A program made the translations under genes and the position numbers. The notes under the pieces were generated by a model. That model was not told the DNA's origin and ran no database searches. It saw nothing but the letters and a program-made list of their open reading frames with translations. 64,000 bases of DNA from sequence record LC680885.1; one strand, 5' to 3'. Below, one piece after another: positions 54,096-63,945 of the stretch; position 1 is the first letter of the stretch; every line of letters begins with the position of its first letter. Source of the stretch: Staphylococcus phage S6.

Positions 54096-54836
54096 ATGAA
54101 TGAATATGGTAAAATTAATAAAAAAGTTTTTAATATAGATCGTAGCAACTTTGAAGTAGTTTTAATGGACTACATGGATACTAAACAGATGAAAAATAAT
54201 TACAATAGAAATATAACCGATCAAGAAAAAATTGATCGGTTAATACCTTTAATTAAACAACAAGAAAATGAACAAGATGAGGGTAGAATATTTGAAAATG
54301 CTAGAAGATATGAACTTCTTTTAGCTAAAACATTTGAATACTCTCTTAATGGAAAATTAGAATTATACAAATTAAAAGAAGTATTAAATTATTACGAAGA
54401 AAAAAATCTTTTTAATATAGTATATCCAAATTTTAAATACACTTTTAATGTAGTTTCACCCAGTAAAGAGTATTCCTTATTGTCTTTAAAAACTAAAATA
54501 TTTTTAATTATAGAAACTATTATAGACTTTATTAAAAATGATTATGTAGAAGATAATCTTTCTATTAAGTTAATTTTAAATTCAGAAGAAATAATGATTG
54601 ATACACTTGATTTAAACGAAAAATCATTGTATAATATCTTTAATCTATCAAGTAAATATACAAATGAATTATTATCTTATAATGGAGATTATTTGTTCTC
54701 ACATGATCAAATAAAACGTATAGAAAATATAAATAATATTTTATTTAACGATATATACAAAGATAAAGATAAAGAAATTTTAGAATTTTTATCTAAGAAA
54801 GTAAAAAATAAATACATTTCAAAATATTTTAAATAA
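54096..54836 (+). CDS. hypothetical protein (246 aa)
   Basis: SD GGAGAGAtaatatttaATG. Confidence 0.5.
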   Translation: MNEYGKINKKVFNIDRSNFEVVLMDYMDTKQMKNNYNRNITDQEKIDRLIPLIKQQENEQDEGRIFENARRYELLLAKTFEYSLNGKLELYKLKEVLNYYEEKNLFNIVYPNFKYTFNVVSPSKEYSLLSLKTKIFLIIETIIDFIKNDYVEDNLSIKLILNSEEIMIDTLDLNEKSLYNIFNLSSKYTNELLSYNGDYLFSHDQIKRIENINNILFNDIYKDKDKEILEFLSKKVKNKYISKYFK

Positions 54837-54853
54837 ACAGGAGTGAATAGGAT

Positions 54854-56023
54854 ATGTCAAATTTAACTATGCAAGAAAAAGACTTAATTATGATTGAAAA
54901 TAAGTATAATAGATTTTTAGATAAAAAGGAAAAGATAATGAATAAAGAAACAGACTTTATTAAAATTGCATTTGAAGAATTAATGGACTTCATTGTACAT
55001 TTTGGTCATAATAAATTCTTTAAATCAGACACAATATTTTATAGATATTATGATGGAATGTTAGAGAATTATAAAATAGAATTAAATAAAATATCTAAAG
55101 TGGAAGATGATTTAGTACTAACGTATTTAAATAAAATTATTAATGATACTGATAAAGTTGAATTCTATAATAACATGAAGAAAATTTCAGAAAGTTATAG
55201 TAAAGAAAAATTAATCGTATCTATATCATATATAAAAGCTTTGGACTTCTATATACACATGATGCGAAATGAAGAATTAATGAGTGATATGGGATCTCTT
55301 ACAGTTCATCCTTACGATTTTAATAAACGATTAATAAGTGAATATAAAAAAGATAATATATTTTGGAAAAAACTAAGTGATGAAGAAAAGTCAAATGCAA
55401 TTCAAATGTCTAATATATATTTTGAAGGTATTGAAAATAAAGAAATTGGTAGATTTACCACTGAACATATAAACAGTGAAAAAGAAGGAACTGCATTTAA
55501 TTTTAATATAAATACATTTCATAAATTCTTTGATCAATTTGTATCTTTGGATATAGCTTATACGGATGGTTTAATATTTAATTTAATGATGAATAGTAAT
55601 ATCAATAAATATTATGAGAGATACTATAAAGAAATAGATCATGATATCTTCAATGCTAGTTATATTTCTGATAAATATGAATATGAAAACTTAGAAAAAG
55701 ATAAATTTTTAAAAACTTTAAATCGTATAGATATGTTTTATGATATAAATGTACCTTTATATATTTATAATAGTGAAGAACCATCAAATAAAAAATACTA
55801 TAATTATCTAACTGCTATGAAGTCTTTTGCTTTAAATGATTTGGTTAATCGTTATTATGATTCTTATGAATATATAGAATATTTTAGCGAAGTTAATGTC
55901 AATGATTCTTTCACGTTAGATATGTTAAGTGACGATGATGAAAGTGAATCAAATTATTTTGAAGAATTGTTTAAAAAAATAAAGAAAGAAAATGAAGAAA
56001 GACAATGGTTACAAGCTTTTTAA
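54854..56023 (+). CDS. hypothetical protein (389 aa)
   Basis: SD cAGGAGtGAatagGATATG. Confidence 0.5.
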   Translation: MSNLTMQEKDLIMIENKYNRFLDKKEKIMNKETDFIKIAFEELMDFIVHFGHNKFFKSDTIFYRYYDGMLENYKIELNKISKVEDDLVLTYLNKIINDTDKVEFYNNMKKISESYSKEKLIVSISYIKALDFYIHMMRNEELMSDMGSLTVHPYDFNKRLISEYKKDNIFWKKLSDEEKSNAIQMSNIYFEGIENKEIGRFTTEHINSEKEGTAFNFNINTFHKFFDQFVSLDIAYTDGLIFNLMMNSNINKYYERYYKEIDHDIFNASYISDKYEYENLEKDKFLKTLNRIDMFYDINVPLYIYNSEEPSNKKYYNYLTAMKSFALNDLVNRYYDSYEYIEYFSEVNVNDSFTLDMLSDDDESESNYFEELFKKIKKENEERQWLQAF

Positions 56024-56056
56024 AAATGAATTAAAAAGATAGAGAGGAGAAAATTT

Positions 56057-56242
56057 ATGACATTTTTAATTGGTATCTTAACTATTATTTTAATTTGTTT
56101 AGTGATAATAGGAGTGTTTTTATTTGTATCAGGTCTGATAAGTTTGTTACTTTCAACAAGTAATTTTGAAGAAGATATAATAACAACGAGTATATCAGGT
56201 TTATTTGCCATCATATTCTTTCTTATACTGTCATCGTTCTAA
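56057..56242 (+). CDS. small two-TM membrane protein (61 aa)
   Basis: SD GAGAGGAGAaaatttATG; hydrophobic. Confidence 0.45.
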   Translation: MTFLIGILTIILICLVIIGVFLFVSGLISLLLSTSNFEEDIITTSISGLFAIIFFLILSSF

Positions 56243-56276
56243 CAAAAATATTTTTTAATAAAAAGGAGAGAAAATT

Positions 56277-56504
56277 ATGTTTGCTTTATTAGGAATATTA
56301 GCAATAATATTTTTATTATTAATATTTATAGGTTTACCTTTATTTGTCATGGGAGTAGCTTGCATATTTATGTCACTTTATGAAATCTTTGTGGAAAAAG
56401 AAAAAGATATTGATATGCTACTGACATCAACTTATATAACTCTCGGTTCATCAATGGCATTAGGTTTAGCTATCTTTATATCATTTTGTGTTGAAAACAT
56501 GTAA
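56277..56504 (+). CDS. small two-TM membrane protein (75 aa), paralogue of the previous (M..LLGIL.II..L.I.G..LFV.G)
   Basis: Similar N-terminal sequence and topology; SD AAAGGAGAGaaaattATG. Confidence 0.45.
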   Translation: MFALLGILAIIFLLLIFIGLPLFVMGVACIFMSLYEIFVEKEKDIDMLLTSTYITLGSSMALGLAIFISFCVENM

Positions 56505-56531
56505 TCATTTAAAATAAAAAGGAGAAATATT

Positions 56532-58523
56532 ATGTTAAAATTTAATGAAATTAATGAAAGTAATTTAGATGACGTACAAAAATATTTAGAGGAGCAATCT
56601 TATGTATATTATAATACATCAGATCAACCAGAATTAACTGATGAAGAATTTGACAAACTATTAAGAGAATACGAAAAGTTCCGTCCATTTAATGGCGGAG
56701 CTTTACCTTCTAAAGGTAAAAAATTAGTAGATGTTTCACATGAATATCCTGAATTAGTAGGAACAGTTTCTAAGGTTAATTCAGTTGAAGAATTAGCTGA
56801 ATGGATTGAAGAAAAAGGACTAATTAATAGAGAATTATTAATTACACAGAAATATGATGGTAATTCAGTATTAGTTATTTTAACTACTAAAGGAGATTAT
56901 TTAGTAACTAAATCAGCATTAACTAGAGGTAAAGATGGTAAAGGTGCTGACTTAACTGACTTCTTCAGTCATATTAAAATTAAAAAATCAGATGTCGATA
57001 TTAATGCAGTTGATTTATCTGAAGACGATATTGATATCGCTATTAAGTGTGAAGCAGTAATGAGTTATAGTAACTTTAATAAGATTGATGAAGAGTATGC
57101 TAACCCTAGATCAATCGTTGCAGGATTATTAAACTCAGATGATGGATATAAGAAACGTAAGTTAATTAATTTATTACCATTGAGAATTAATATTAGTAAT
57201 AAAGAATTAACTCGACAAGAAGAATTAAATTTAATTTCAGCAATTACTAGTCATAGTACTGTATTTGATCAGCTTGATCCACAGTATAATTTTGTTATGG
57301 AAGATGAACACGATTATAAAGACTTTAATGAATTATATCATCAGATAGCTGATGAAAGAGAGTATTATGAATACATGATTGATGGATTAGTTATTGAAGC
57401 TCTTGATGAAGATGATAGAAATCGTTTAGGTAGATTAAATGATCGTAATAAGTTTGATGTAGCATTGAAATTCCCATATATGACTAAAAAGACTAATGTT
57501 ATTGATATTGAATTTGATGTATCTGAAAATGGTACAGGTAGATATACACCTGTAGTTAGATTTGAACCTATTTATTTTAATGGTGCTAAATGTGAAAGAG
57601 TTTCTATTTCTAACTATAAACGTTTTAAAGAACTTCAATTAGTTAAAGGACAAGAAGTTATTATTGAATATCGTAATGATGTTTTGAGTTATTTAACTCC
57701 ATCTCCTACTAACGAAATTACTGGAGAACCTATACCGTTCATTAAAGAGTGTGTATACTGTGGTGAAGAACTTGAAGTTAATGAAAATGAAACATTTGTA
57801 TCATGTATTAATAACGATTGTGAATGTAGAGTATTAGGTATTATTAACAACTATGTAGATAAAATGAGTATTAAAGGAATTGAATATTCTACTATTAATA
57901 AGCTTTATAAAGGTAACAAACTACCTAACGGAATCCAAAGTTTATATGAAATTGATAAAAACGATATTATGCAAGTAGATACTTTTAAAGAAAAATCAGC
58001 TCAGAATATTATTAATACAATTCATAAAAATAAAGAATATTATGACTATGATGTATTAGGTTCATTAGGATTAAATGGAGTTGGAAGAACTACATTTAAA
58101 TTAGTTACTAAAGTCTATGATCCACAAGAAATAGATTATACAGATTTAAGTATTAAAGATTTAACTTCTATTAAAGGAATCGCTGATATTACTGCTGAGA
58201 TTATTATTAATGGTTATAAACAGAATAAAGATTTAATTGAATTCTTATTTAATGAATTGGATGTTAAATCACTTAAAAAAGAAATGGAAGCTAATAAAGA
58301 TGATTCAGTTGAGCCAATGAATATTGTATTTAGTGGATTTAGAGATGCTGAATTTAAAGAACAGTTAGAACTTAAAGGTCATAAAGTAACTTCATCAGTT
58401 TCAGGTAAGACTGATTTATTAGTTACTCCAGATCCAAATTCAGGTTCATCTAAGATTAATAAAGCTAAAGAAAAAGGTATCAAGATCATTGATATTGAAA
58501 GTTCTAAAGGTGAGTTGTTATAA
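56532..58523 (+). CDS. ligA: NAD-dependent DNA ligase (LigA family)
   Basis: Adenylation KxDG motif (ITQKYDGNSVL); C4 zinc finger CVYCGEELEV...CINNDCECR; C-terminal BRCT-like IVFSGFRDAEFKEQLELKGHKVTSSVSGKTDLLVTPDPNSGSSKINKAKEKGIKII. Confidence 0.8.
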   Translation: MLKFNEINESNLDDVQKYLEEQSYVYYNTSDQPELTDEEFDKLLREYEKFRPFNGGALPSKGKKLVDVSHEYPELVGTVSKVNSVEELAEWIEEKGLINRELLITQKYDGNSVLVILTTKGDYLVTKSALTRGKDGKGADLTDFFSHIKIKKSDVDINAVDLSEDDIDIAIKCEAVMSYSNFNKIDEEYANPRSIVAGLLNSDDGYKKRKLINLLPLRINISNKELTRQEELNLISAITSHSTVFDQLDPQYNFVMEDEHDYKDFNELYHQIADEREYYEYMIDGLVIEALDEDDRNRLGRLNDRNKFDVALKFPYMTKKTNVIDIEFDVSENGTGRYTPVVRFEPIYFNGAKCERVSISNYKRFKELQLVKGQEVIIEYRNDVLSYLTPSPTNEITGEPIPFIKECVYCGEELEVNENETFVSCINNDCECRVLGIINNYVDKMSIKGIEYSTINKLYKGNKLPNGIQSLYEIDKNDIMQVDTFKEKSAQNIINTIHKNKEYYDYDVLGSLGLNGVGRTTFKLVTKVYDPQEIDYTDLSIKDLTSIKGIADITAEIIINGYKQNKDLIEFLFNELDVKSLKKEMEANKDDSVEPMNIVFSGFRDAEFKEQLELKGHKVTSSVSGKTDLLVTPDPNSGSSKINKAKEKGIKIIDIESSKGELL

Positions 58524-58970
58524 ATGAAATATTATAAGGTTAATTATAATGGTATATTGAAAATATTGAATCTAGATGATTTTGAAGATGATAGAATTAT
58601 TGAAACACTTAGTAATATTGAGTTATATTTAAAAGAAGATGAAGAAATTAGATTATTGGATTTATTTAAAAAGCCAACTATAGCAATGGACACTCGAATT
58701 ACAAAAGAAAGAGATAACCTTTATATGAATGGTCATCTCTTTTTAGAAGTTGAGAATGCATCATGTAAACTATGGAGTTACCATATTAATTTAAATGGTG
58801 ACGAAACATTAAATGAAATATATGAAAGGATATATAACGGATACGATAAAATTTTCTCTTTTAATAAAATGAGAGAAGATGGTCTATTATTTTTATATGA
58901 ATATGAACATTATACAGAAATATCTGAAAAAGAATATAAAGAAAATAAGGTTAAAGAAAATTTTAAATAA
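58524..58970 (+). CDS. paralogue family member 1 (MKYY...ILNLDD N-terminus; ...EKEYKENKVKENFK C-terminus)
   Basis: Start overlaps the ligase stop (TTATAAATG). Confidence 0.55.
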   Translation: MKYYKVNYNGILKILNLDDFEDDRIIETLSNIELYLKEDEEIRLLDLFKKPTIAMDTRITKERDNLYMNGHLFLEVENASCKLWSYHINLNGDETLNEIYERIYNGYDKIFSFNKMREDGLLFLYEYEHYTEISEKEYKENKVKENFK

Positions 58971-58988
58971 AAAAGGAGATTTTAAATT

Positions 58989-59441
58989 ATGAAATATTAT
59001 ATTTTAACACAACAGGGGATTGCTGAAGTTTTAGGTATTGATAGTGAATCGGTTTATTGCTATAGAAATTTATTTAGAGATGATGAATTATATTTAAAAG
59101 AAGATGAAGAAATTAAATTTTCAGAAATTATTACTAATCAAACACCGGATATAGAATACAAAGTTGTTGGAACAAATAAAGATACCGTAACAGTGATAGC
59201 TTATATGGAAATAGATTTAGGTGAAGGAGATTATCATCAAATTGGATCTTGCAGAATGAAATTAGATAAAGATAGAACTCTAGAAGAAGTATACAATATT
59301 GTATATGAGAAAATGTCCAATAGAACTTTTTCATTCAATAAAGCTAAAGAAATGGGTATATCTTTATATGAAGAGAGTGATTATGAAGAAGTATCTAAAA
59401 AAGAATATAAAAAATACAAAGTAGAGAATAATTTTAAATAA
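58989..59441 (+). CDS. paralogue family member 2 (...KEYKKYKVENNFK)
   Basis: Conserved termini; shared internal YLKEDEEIK. Confidence 0.55.
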   Translation: MKYYILTQQGIAEVLGIDSESVYCYRNLFRDDELYLKEDEEIKFSEIITNQTPDIEYKVVGTNKDTVTVIAYMEIDLGEGDYHQIGSCRMKLDKDRTLEEVYNIVYEKMSNRTFSFNKAKEMGISLYEESDYEEVSKKEYKKYKVENNFK

Positions 59442-59461
59442 TGGAATGAGTTGTTATTGTT

Positions 59462-59941
59462 ATGGAAAAATATTATAGATTAACTTTAGAGGGTGTTAGT
59501 TTTATTTTAAATGATTGTGAAGAAAACGATATAGTTAAATCAACTTATAATGAAGATGAAAATTATGTACATTTAGAATCTTTATTAAATGTAGGAATGC
59601 CTTATGAAACTATATATTTTAAAGATAGACATAAAATAGTATTTAAAGAAAATGAAAATATATTCAAGACATTGATAAATTCAATTAAAAATAAATATTA
59701 TGACTTTGATGATAAAAATATGGAATTTCAAGTAGGCATTGGTGATGATGAAATAAAGGTCAAATCACCGATGCCAGTATTTTCTAAAGTGAATATATTT
59801 AATTTTAAAGTTAATAAAGAAATGGACATTATTGATTTTATGGACAATTATAAAATTAATGTATTAATTAAAGATAAGCATTACATTGAAATTACTGAAA
59901 AAGAATATAAAAATATTATAATTAAAAATACATTTAAATAA
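59462..59941 (+). CDS. paralogue family member 3 (...EKEYKNIIIKNTFK)
   Basis: MEKYYRLTLEGVSFILND N-terminus. Confidence 0.55.
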   Translation: MEKYYRLTLEGVSFILNDCEENDIVKSTYNEDENYVHLESLLNVGMPYETIYFKDRHKIVFKENENIFKTLINSIKNKYYDFDDKNMEFQVGIGDDEIKVKSPMPVFSKVNIFNFKVNKEMDIIDFMDNYKINVLIKDKHYIEITEKEYKNIIIKNTFK

Positions 59942-59957
59942 TAAGGAGATTTTATAA

Positions 59958-60416
59958 TTGAAATATTATGAATTTAATAAAAAAGGAATTATTAAAATAT
60001 TAGGATTAGATACAGCTTATTTAAGAGAAGATGAAGATATTTTTAGAGAAGGAAATCTTTATTTAAAAGAAAATGAATCAATAAAAATAAAAGATATTAT
60101 AACAAATAAAAAAGATATGAAATTTAATTGCAGTCTTTATGAAGGATCTGAAGATAGCTCATTAATGAAAGCTAATTTAACTTTCAGACATGGGTCAGGG
60201 CAACTTTTATTGAATATTGAATATATTGATTTAAAAGAAATAAAAGATCACACTGTTGAAGAAGTTTACAAATACGCTAAAGATTTAGTTTTAAATAAAA
60301 CATTTTCTTTTAATAAAGCTGAAGAGCTTGGTATATGTTTATATGAAGGAAAAGAATATGAAGAAATTACTGAGGAAGAATATAAAAAATACAAAGTAGA
60401 AAATACTTTTAAATAA
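59958..60416 (+). CDS. paralogue family member 4 (TTG start; ...EEYKKYKVENTFK)
   Basis: Leader AATAAGGAGATTTTATAATTGAAATATTAT is identical to that of member 6. Confidence 0.55.
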   Translation: MKYYEFNKKGIIKILGLDTAYLREDEDIFREGNLYLKENESIKIKDIITNKKDMKFNCSLYEGSEDSSLMKANLTFRHGSGQLLLNIEYIDLKEIKDHTVEEVYKYAKDLVLNKTFSFNKAEELGICLYEGKEYEEITEEEYKKYKVENTFK

Positions 60417-60436
60417 TGAAATGAGGTGTTATTGTT

Positions 60437-60886
60437 ATGGACAAATATTATAAATTAACAGCGGAAGGTATATTTGATGTTTTCAAATTAGATAAAAAAC
60501 ACATTATATTCCCAGAAGATAAAAATACAATAATAGATTTCAGATCAAAGGAAGAACGTATAGAGAAAATTAATGAACTTATATACTTTAAAGATAATCA
60601 AGAAATAACAATAAACTCATTATCTAATTTAACAGACAATATCGTAATAGATAAATCAGGTTCTAAATATACATTTAACCATTTAATAGAAATATCATTC
60701 ACTACTTTTAGTCATAAAAAAAGATATAACAAAACAATCAATGTACCGAATGTATTTAAAGGAACTGTAAGAGAAAATAGTAGTAGAAGTGCCTTAGATA
60801 TACCGATAGATATCAACAATATTGATAAAATAGAATTAACATTTAAAGAATATAAAGATCTAGTAATAAAAGAAACTTTTAAATAA
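60437..60886 (+). CDS. paralogue family member 5 (...KEYKDLVIKETFK)
   Basis: MDKYYKLTAEGIFDVFKLD N-terminus. Confidence 0.55.
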   Translation: MDKYYKLTAEGIFDVFKLDKKHIIFPEDKNTIIDFRSKEERIEKINELIYFKDNQEITINSLSNLTDNIVIDKSGSKYTFNHLIEISFTTFSHKKRYNKTINVPNVFKGTVRENSSRSALDIPIDINNIDKIELTFKEYKDLVIKETFK

Positions 60887-60902
60887 TAAGGAGATTTTAT
60901 AA

Positions 60903-61352
60903 TTGAAATATTATAAATTAAATAAGGATGGTTATATTAAATTTTTAGGGTTAGATGTTTTGCCTGGACTTAAAACCTCAATTGTTGAAAAAGAAATAAA
61001 AAATAAAAACTTCATTGTCAAATATTGCAATGGAGCAGATTTTTGTTTTACATTAGATGAAATTAATAAAATGAAAAACAAAGATATTTACCCTAAACTT
61101 GGATTTGAAAGTCTAACTGAAAAAGTTAATCATGAAATAGAAAATAATCCAATAGTATTTGTTAATAGAAAATATGAAGATGCTAAAGCTTTAATTCATG
61201 TAGATTTAATTATTAATAATGAAGAAACTACATTAATGACTATGCCAAGATTTAATATTAATTTTTTAAATCATAATTTGTATATGGAACACTTTGATGA
61301 AATAACAGAGAAACAGTATAAAAATATTATGGTAAAAGATTCATTTAAGTAA
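60903..61352 (+). CDS. paralogue family member 6 (TTG start; ...KQYKNIMVKDSFK)
   Basis: Identical leader to member 4. Confidence 0.55.
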   Translation: MKYYKLNKDGYIKFLGLDVLPGLKTSIVEKEIKNKNFIVKYCNGADFCFTLDEINKMKNKDIYPKLGFESLTEKVNHEIENNPIVFVNRKYEDAKALIHVDLIINNEETTLMTMPRFNINFLNHNLYMEHFDEITEKQYKNIMVKDSFK

Positions 61353-61383
61353 AACTCAATTTAAATATATATTATAAAATTGT

Positions 61384-61412
61384 GAAAGATGTATGATACT
61401 TATACATCTTTC
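61384..61412 (+). terminator. hairpin GAAAGATGTAT gatactt ATACATCTTTC preceded by AAATATATATTATAA
   Basis: PeSL-like cassette. Confidence 0.5.
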
Positions 61413-61446
61413 TAAAATATTTATTTAAAGAGAGGTGAAAAAGATA

Positions 61447-61863
61447 ATGAGTTCTAATTTTGATTATTATATATTGCAATCGAGTATTTCAGAAGCTAGA
61501 AAAAGGATTAAGAATAATCTAGATGTAAATGGATATATGGTTATAAGACAAATATTTTTCAGTCATTTAGATTATAAAGATTATTATAATATGTATCATA
61601 AAGTAAATAATGTAGAAGATTATTACAATGATATTATATTAGAAAGTATTAAGGATATTATATTTGATGAAGAAGGTAAACTTAATGAAGAAGTAGCATT
61701 TAGTTTAATTAGAGGTTCTAATTCGAATATATGTGCTTTAATTAAAGATAATAAAGGCAATTACAAAATTTATAAAAAAGATAAATATGTAATTAAAGCT
61801 ATAGAAGATTTATTATCTGAGAAAGATTATAAAAGAATATTGGTTAAAAATACTTTTAAATAA
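61447..61863 (+). CDS. paralogue family member 7, divergent N-terminus (...DYKRILVKNTFK); start moved to ATG 61447
   Basis: SD AGAGAGGtgaaaaagataATG; the ORF track uses GTG 61435. Confidence 0.5.
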   Translation: MSSNFDYYILQSSISEARKRIKNNLDVNGYMVIRQIFFSHLDYKDYYNMYHKVNNVEDYYNDIILESIKDIIFDEEGKLNEEVAFSLIRGSNSNICALIKDNKGNYKIYKKDKYVIKAIEDLLSEKDYKRILVKNTFK

Positions 61864-61908
61864 TTTGAAAGTGAATGCAACTTACTTTTATTATATTACA
61901 AGTGAGAG

Positions 61909-62574
61909 TTGGTGATTTTATTGATAAAAATGCATTTAATAAACTTTCAAAAAAGGTCTATGAATAGTTATAAGAAGAATTTAAACACAATTGTACTTTT
62001 CATAGATTATGATAAAAATATTTTCAACCAAATTAATAATCAATTAGTTATAGATGTATTAGGTAATGATACTATAAGATTAAATAATGCTAATTATTCA
62101 TTAATGTTAGATGAGAAGATTTTTAGTTCTGAAAGGACAACAATTGATTTCTATAATAAAATAGTAAATAATGATATATTAAATATTATTAAAGAAAATA
62201 TATCTAATGTAGATAATTATTCTAAATTAAAAGAAATCAATAATATGACTGATAGTGAATTTAATGATATTATTAATAAAGATAATTTATTTAAATGTCA
62301 AAATAAATACTTCAGTATGAATAAAATACCTTATATAGAAAAAGAAATACCTGAAAGTTTTTATCTAGATCATTTTAAAGAGATTAATTTAGATTTTATA
62401 TTTGAGAAGCTTTTTGAAGAGAATAGAGAAGATGAAGAAAAATTAAAGTACGTTTATACTTTAGCTGAATTATTTCTAACACTCAAACAAGGTAAGAATA
62501 TATTTTATAATTATAATAAAGAGGTAGATAAGAAATATTATAGATCTATATTTATAAATTCTTTATTTAATTAA
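61909..62574 (+). CDS. hypothetical protein (221 aa)
   Basis: ORF (GTG/ATG start region). Confidence 0.4.
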   Translation: MVILLIKMHLINFQKRSMNSYKKNLNTIVLFIDYDKNIFNQINNQLVIDVLGNDTIRLNNANYSLMLDEKIFSSERTTIDFYNKIVNNDILNIIKENISNVDNYSKLKEINNMTDSEFNDIINKDNLFKCQNKYFSMNKIPYIEKEIPESFYLDHFKEINLDFIFEKLFEENREDEEKLKYVYTLAELFLTLKQGKNIFYNYNKEVDKKYYRSIFINSLFN

Positions 62575-62575
62575 T

Positions 62576-62893
62576 ATGATAAGAAAGGAGAGAAATAATA
62601 TGAAGAAAATATACGGATTTAAAATAAAATATAATAAAAAAGTGGTAGATACTTTCACTTTTGAAAGTTTTGAAGAAGCTATGAATAAACTAGAATTATC
62701 ATTATTAGAAATTTATGACTCAGAAGATTTTACAACTATGCAATTAATTTTAAACACATATGACATTGAAGAAATTAATGAAGATAGTTTTAAAGATAAA
62801 TTAAGACTAAATCATCTTAATCACATTAAGAATTTTAGTATTGAATTGTTTTCTAAATATATTAACAATAATAAGGAAGAAGGAATTGCGTAA
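62576..62893 (+). CDS. hypothetical protein (105 aa)
   Basis: SD AAAGGAGAGaaataatATG. Confidence 0.45.
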   Translation: MIRKERNNMKKIYGFKIKYNKKVVDTFTFESFEEAMNKLELSLLEIYDSEDFTTMQLILNTYDIEEINEDSFKDKLRLNHLNHIKNFSIELFSKYINNNKEEGIA

Positions 62894-63108
62894 TGTTCGA
62901 GGAAAGTAAAGTACCATTTTCATTTATTTATAAAGAAACTAAATACTTCTTACACAGAAGAAATATTAAGAATTTCCCTAATGGAGATTCTGAATTCTTA
63001 TTGTATGGAGATGAAAATGGGAAGTCATTCATAATAGAAGAAAGTAAATTAGAAAACTTAATTGAACAACATGAAGTTGAAGTATCTTACGAAGAAGATA
63101 TTATTTAA
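62893..63108 (+). CDS. hypothetical protein (71 aa), start overlaps upstream stop (GTAATG)
   Basis: Translational coupling. Confidence 0.45.
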   Translation: MFEESKVPFSFIYKETKYFLHRRNIKNFPNGDSEFLLYGDENGKSFIIEESKLENLIEQHEVEVSYEEDII

Positions 63109-63125
63109 ATATATATTATTAAATT

Positions 63126-63157
63126 GAGGTAATGACATACAATTTGTCATTACCTCT
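63126..63157 (+). terminator. GAGGTAATGACA-loop-TGTCATTACCTC hairpin + TAATATAT (PeSL-like cassette with upstream AAATATATATTATTAA)
   Basis: Conserved family member. Confidence 0.55.
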
Positions 63158-63189
63158 AATATATTAAACAATCAAAGGAGAAAACGATC

Positions 63190-63573
63190 ATGAAGAAATT
63201 TTTAGTATTACCATTATTATTCGTTTTATTATTAACAGGGTGCTCTCAAGCTGATAAAGTTAGTCAGAATATGTCTGAAGAGTCAGATAATTTTAATGTA
63301 GTTAGAAAAGTAACTGTCATTAATGCAATTAAAAATGACATAATATTCCAAATGTCTGGACGTATGTCTATTAAAGCAGATAATGAGGATAACCAATTAG
63401 AAATAGTTGTAGAAAATGAAGATGGCAAATATCAGAAACATATCATTGGTTTATCTGATAATGTTTCATATACTGTTGAAGATGTTACAACTAAAAATGT
63501 AAGTAAATATCAATATGAAATTAATTATAATCCTAAAATGTGGATCCCTGCAAAACCAGATTATAAAGATTAA
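63190..63573 (+). CDS. lipoprotein (lipobox LTGC)
   Basis: MKKFLVLPLLFVLLLTGCSQ. Confidence 0.6.
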   Translation: MKKFLVLPLLFVLLLTGCSQADKVSQNMSEESDNFNVVRKVTVINAIKNDIIFQMSGRMSIKADNEDNQLEIVVENEDGKYQKHIIGLSDNVSYTVEDVTTKNVSKYQYEINYNPKMWIPAKPDYKD

Positions 63574-63598
63574 TATAATAGAATGGAGAGTATGATTT

Positions 63599-63895
63599 AT
63601 GTCTAAGAAAAAGAAATTAGAAAAAAGACTTAATGTAAGAATTAATCAAGAACAAAAGAAAGCTATTTTAAAACGTGAAGATATCGATAGAATGGATTTT
63701 GAGTTCATTACATTAGATAAAGAGAAACATGATGAAGAAGAAAAATTTGATATCAAAGTAAAATCTAACGATAAGTTTTCTCTAATTATCATTATTAAAT
63801 TCTTTTCTAAATTGTTGAATTTTAGTATTAAAAGAGATAAGAAAAAAGAAGATATAAAAGACGGTAATGAAGATTCTAATTTAGATAAAGAATAA
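63599..63895 (+). CDS. hypothetical basic protein (98 aa)
   Basis: SD GGAGAGtatgatttATG; K/E-rich. Confidence 0.45.
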   Translation: MSKKKKLEKRLNVRINQEQKKAILKREDIDRMDFEFITLDKEKHDEEEKFDIKVKSNDKFSLIIIIKFFSKLLNFSIKRDKKKEDIKDGNEDSNLDKE

Positions 63896-63902
63896 TAAAA
63901 AT

Positions 63903-63945
63903 GCCATAATACACTTAAATTGTGTATTATGGCAAATTATTTATT
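63903..63945 (+). terminator. rho-independent terminator
   Basis: GCCATAATACAC ttaaatt GTGTATTATGGC + AAATTATTTATTTTT. Confidence 0.75.
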
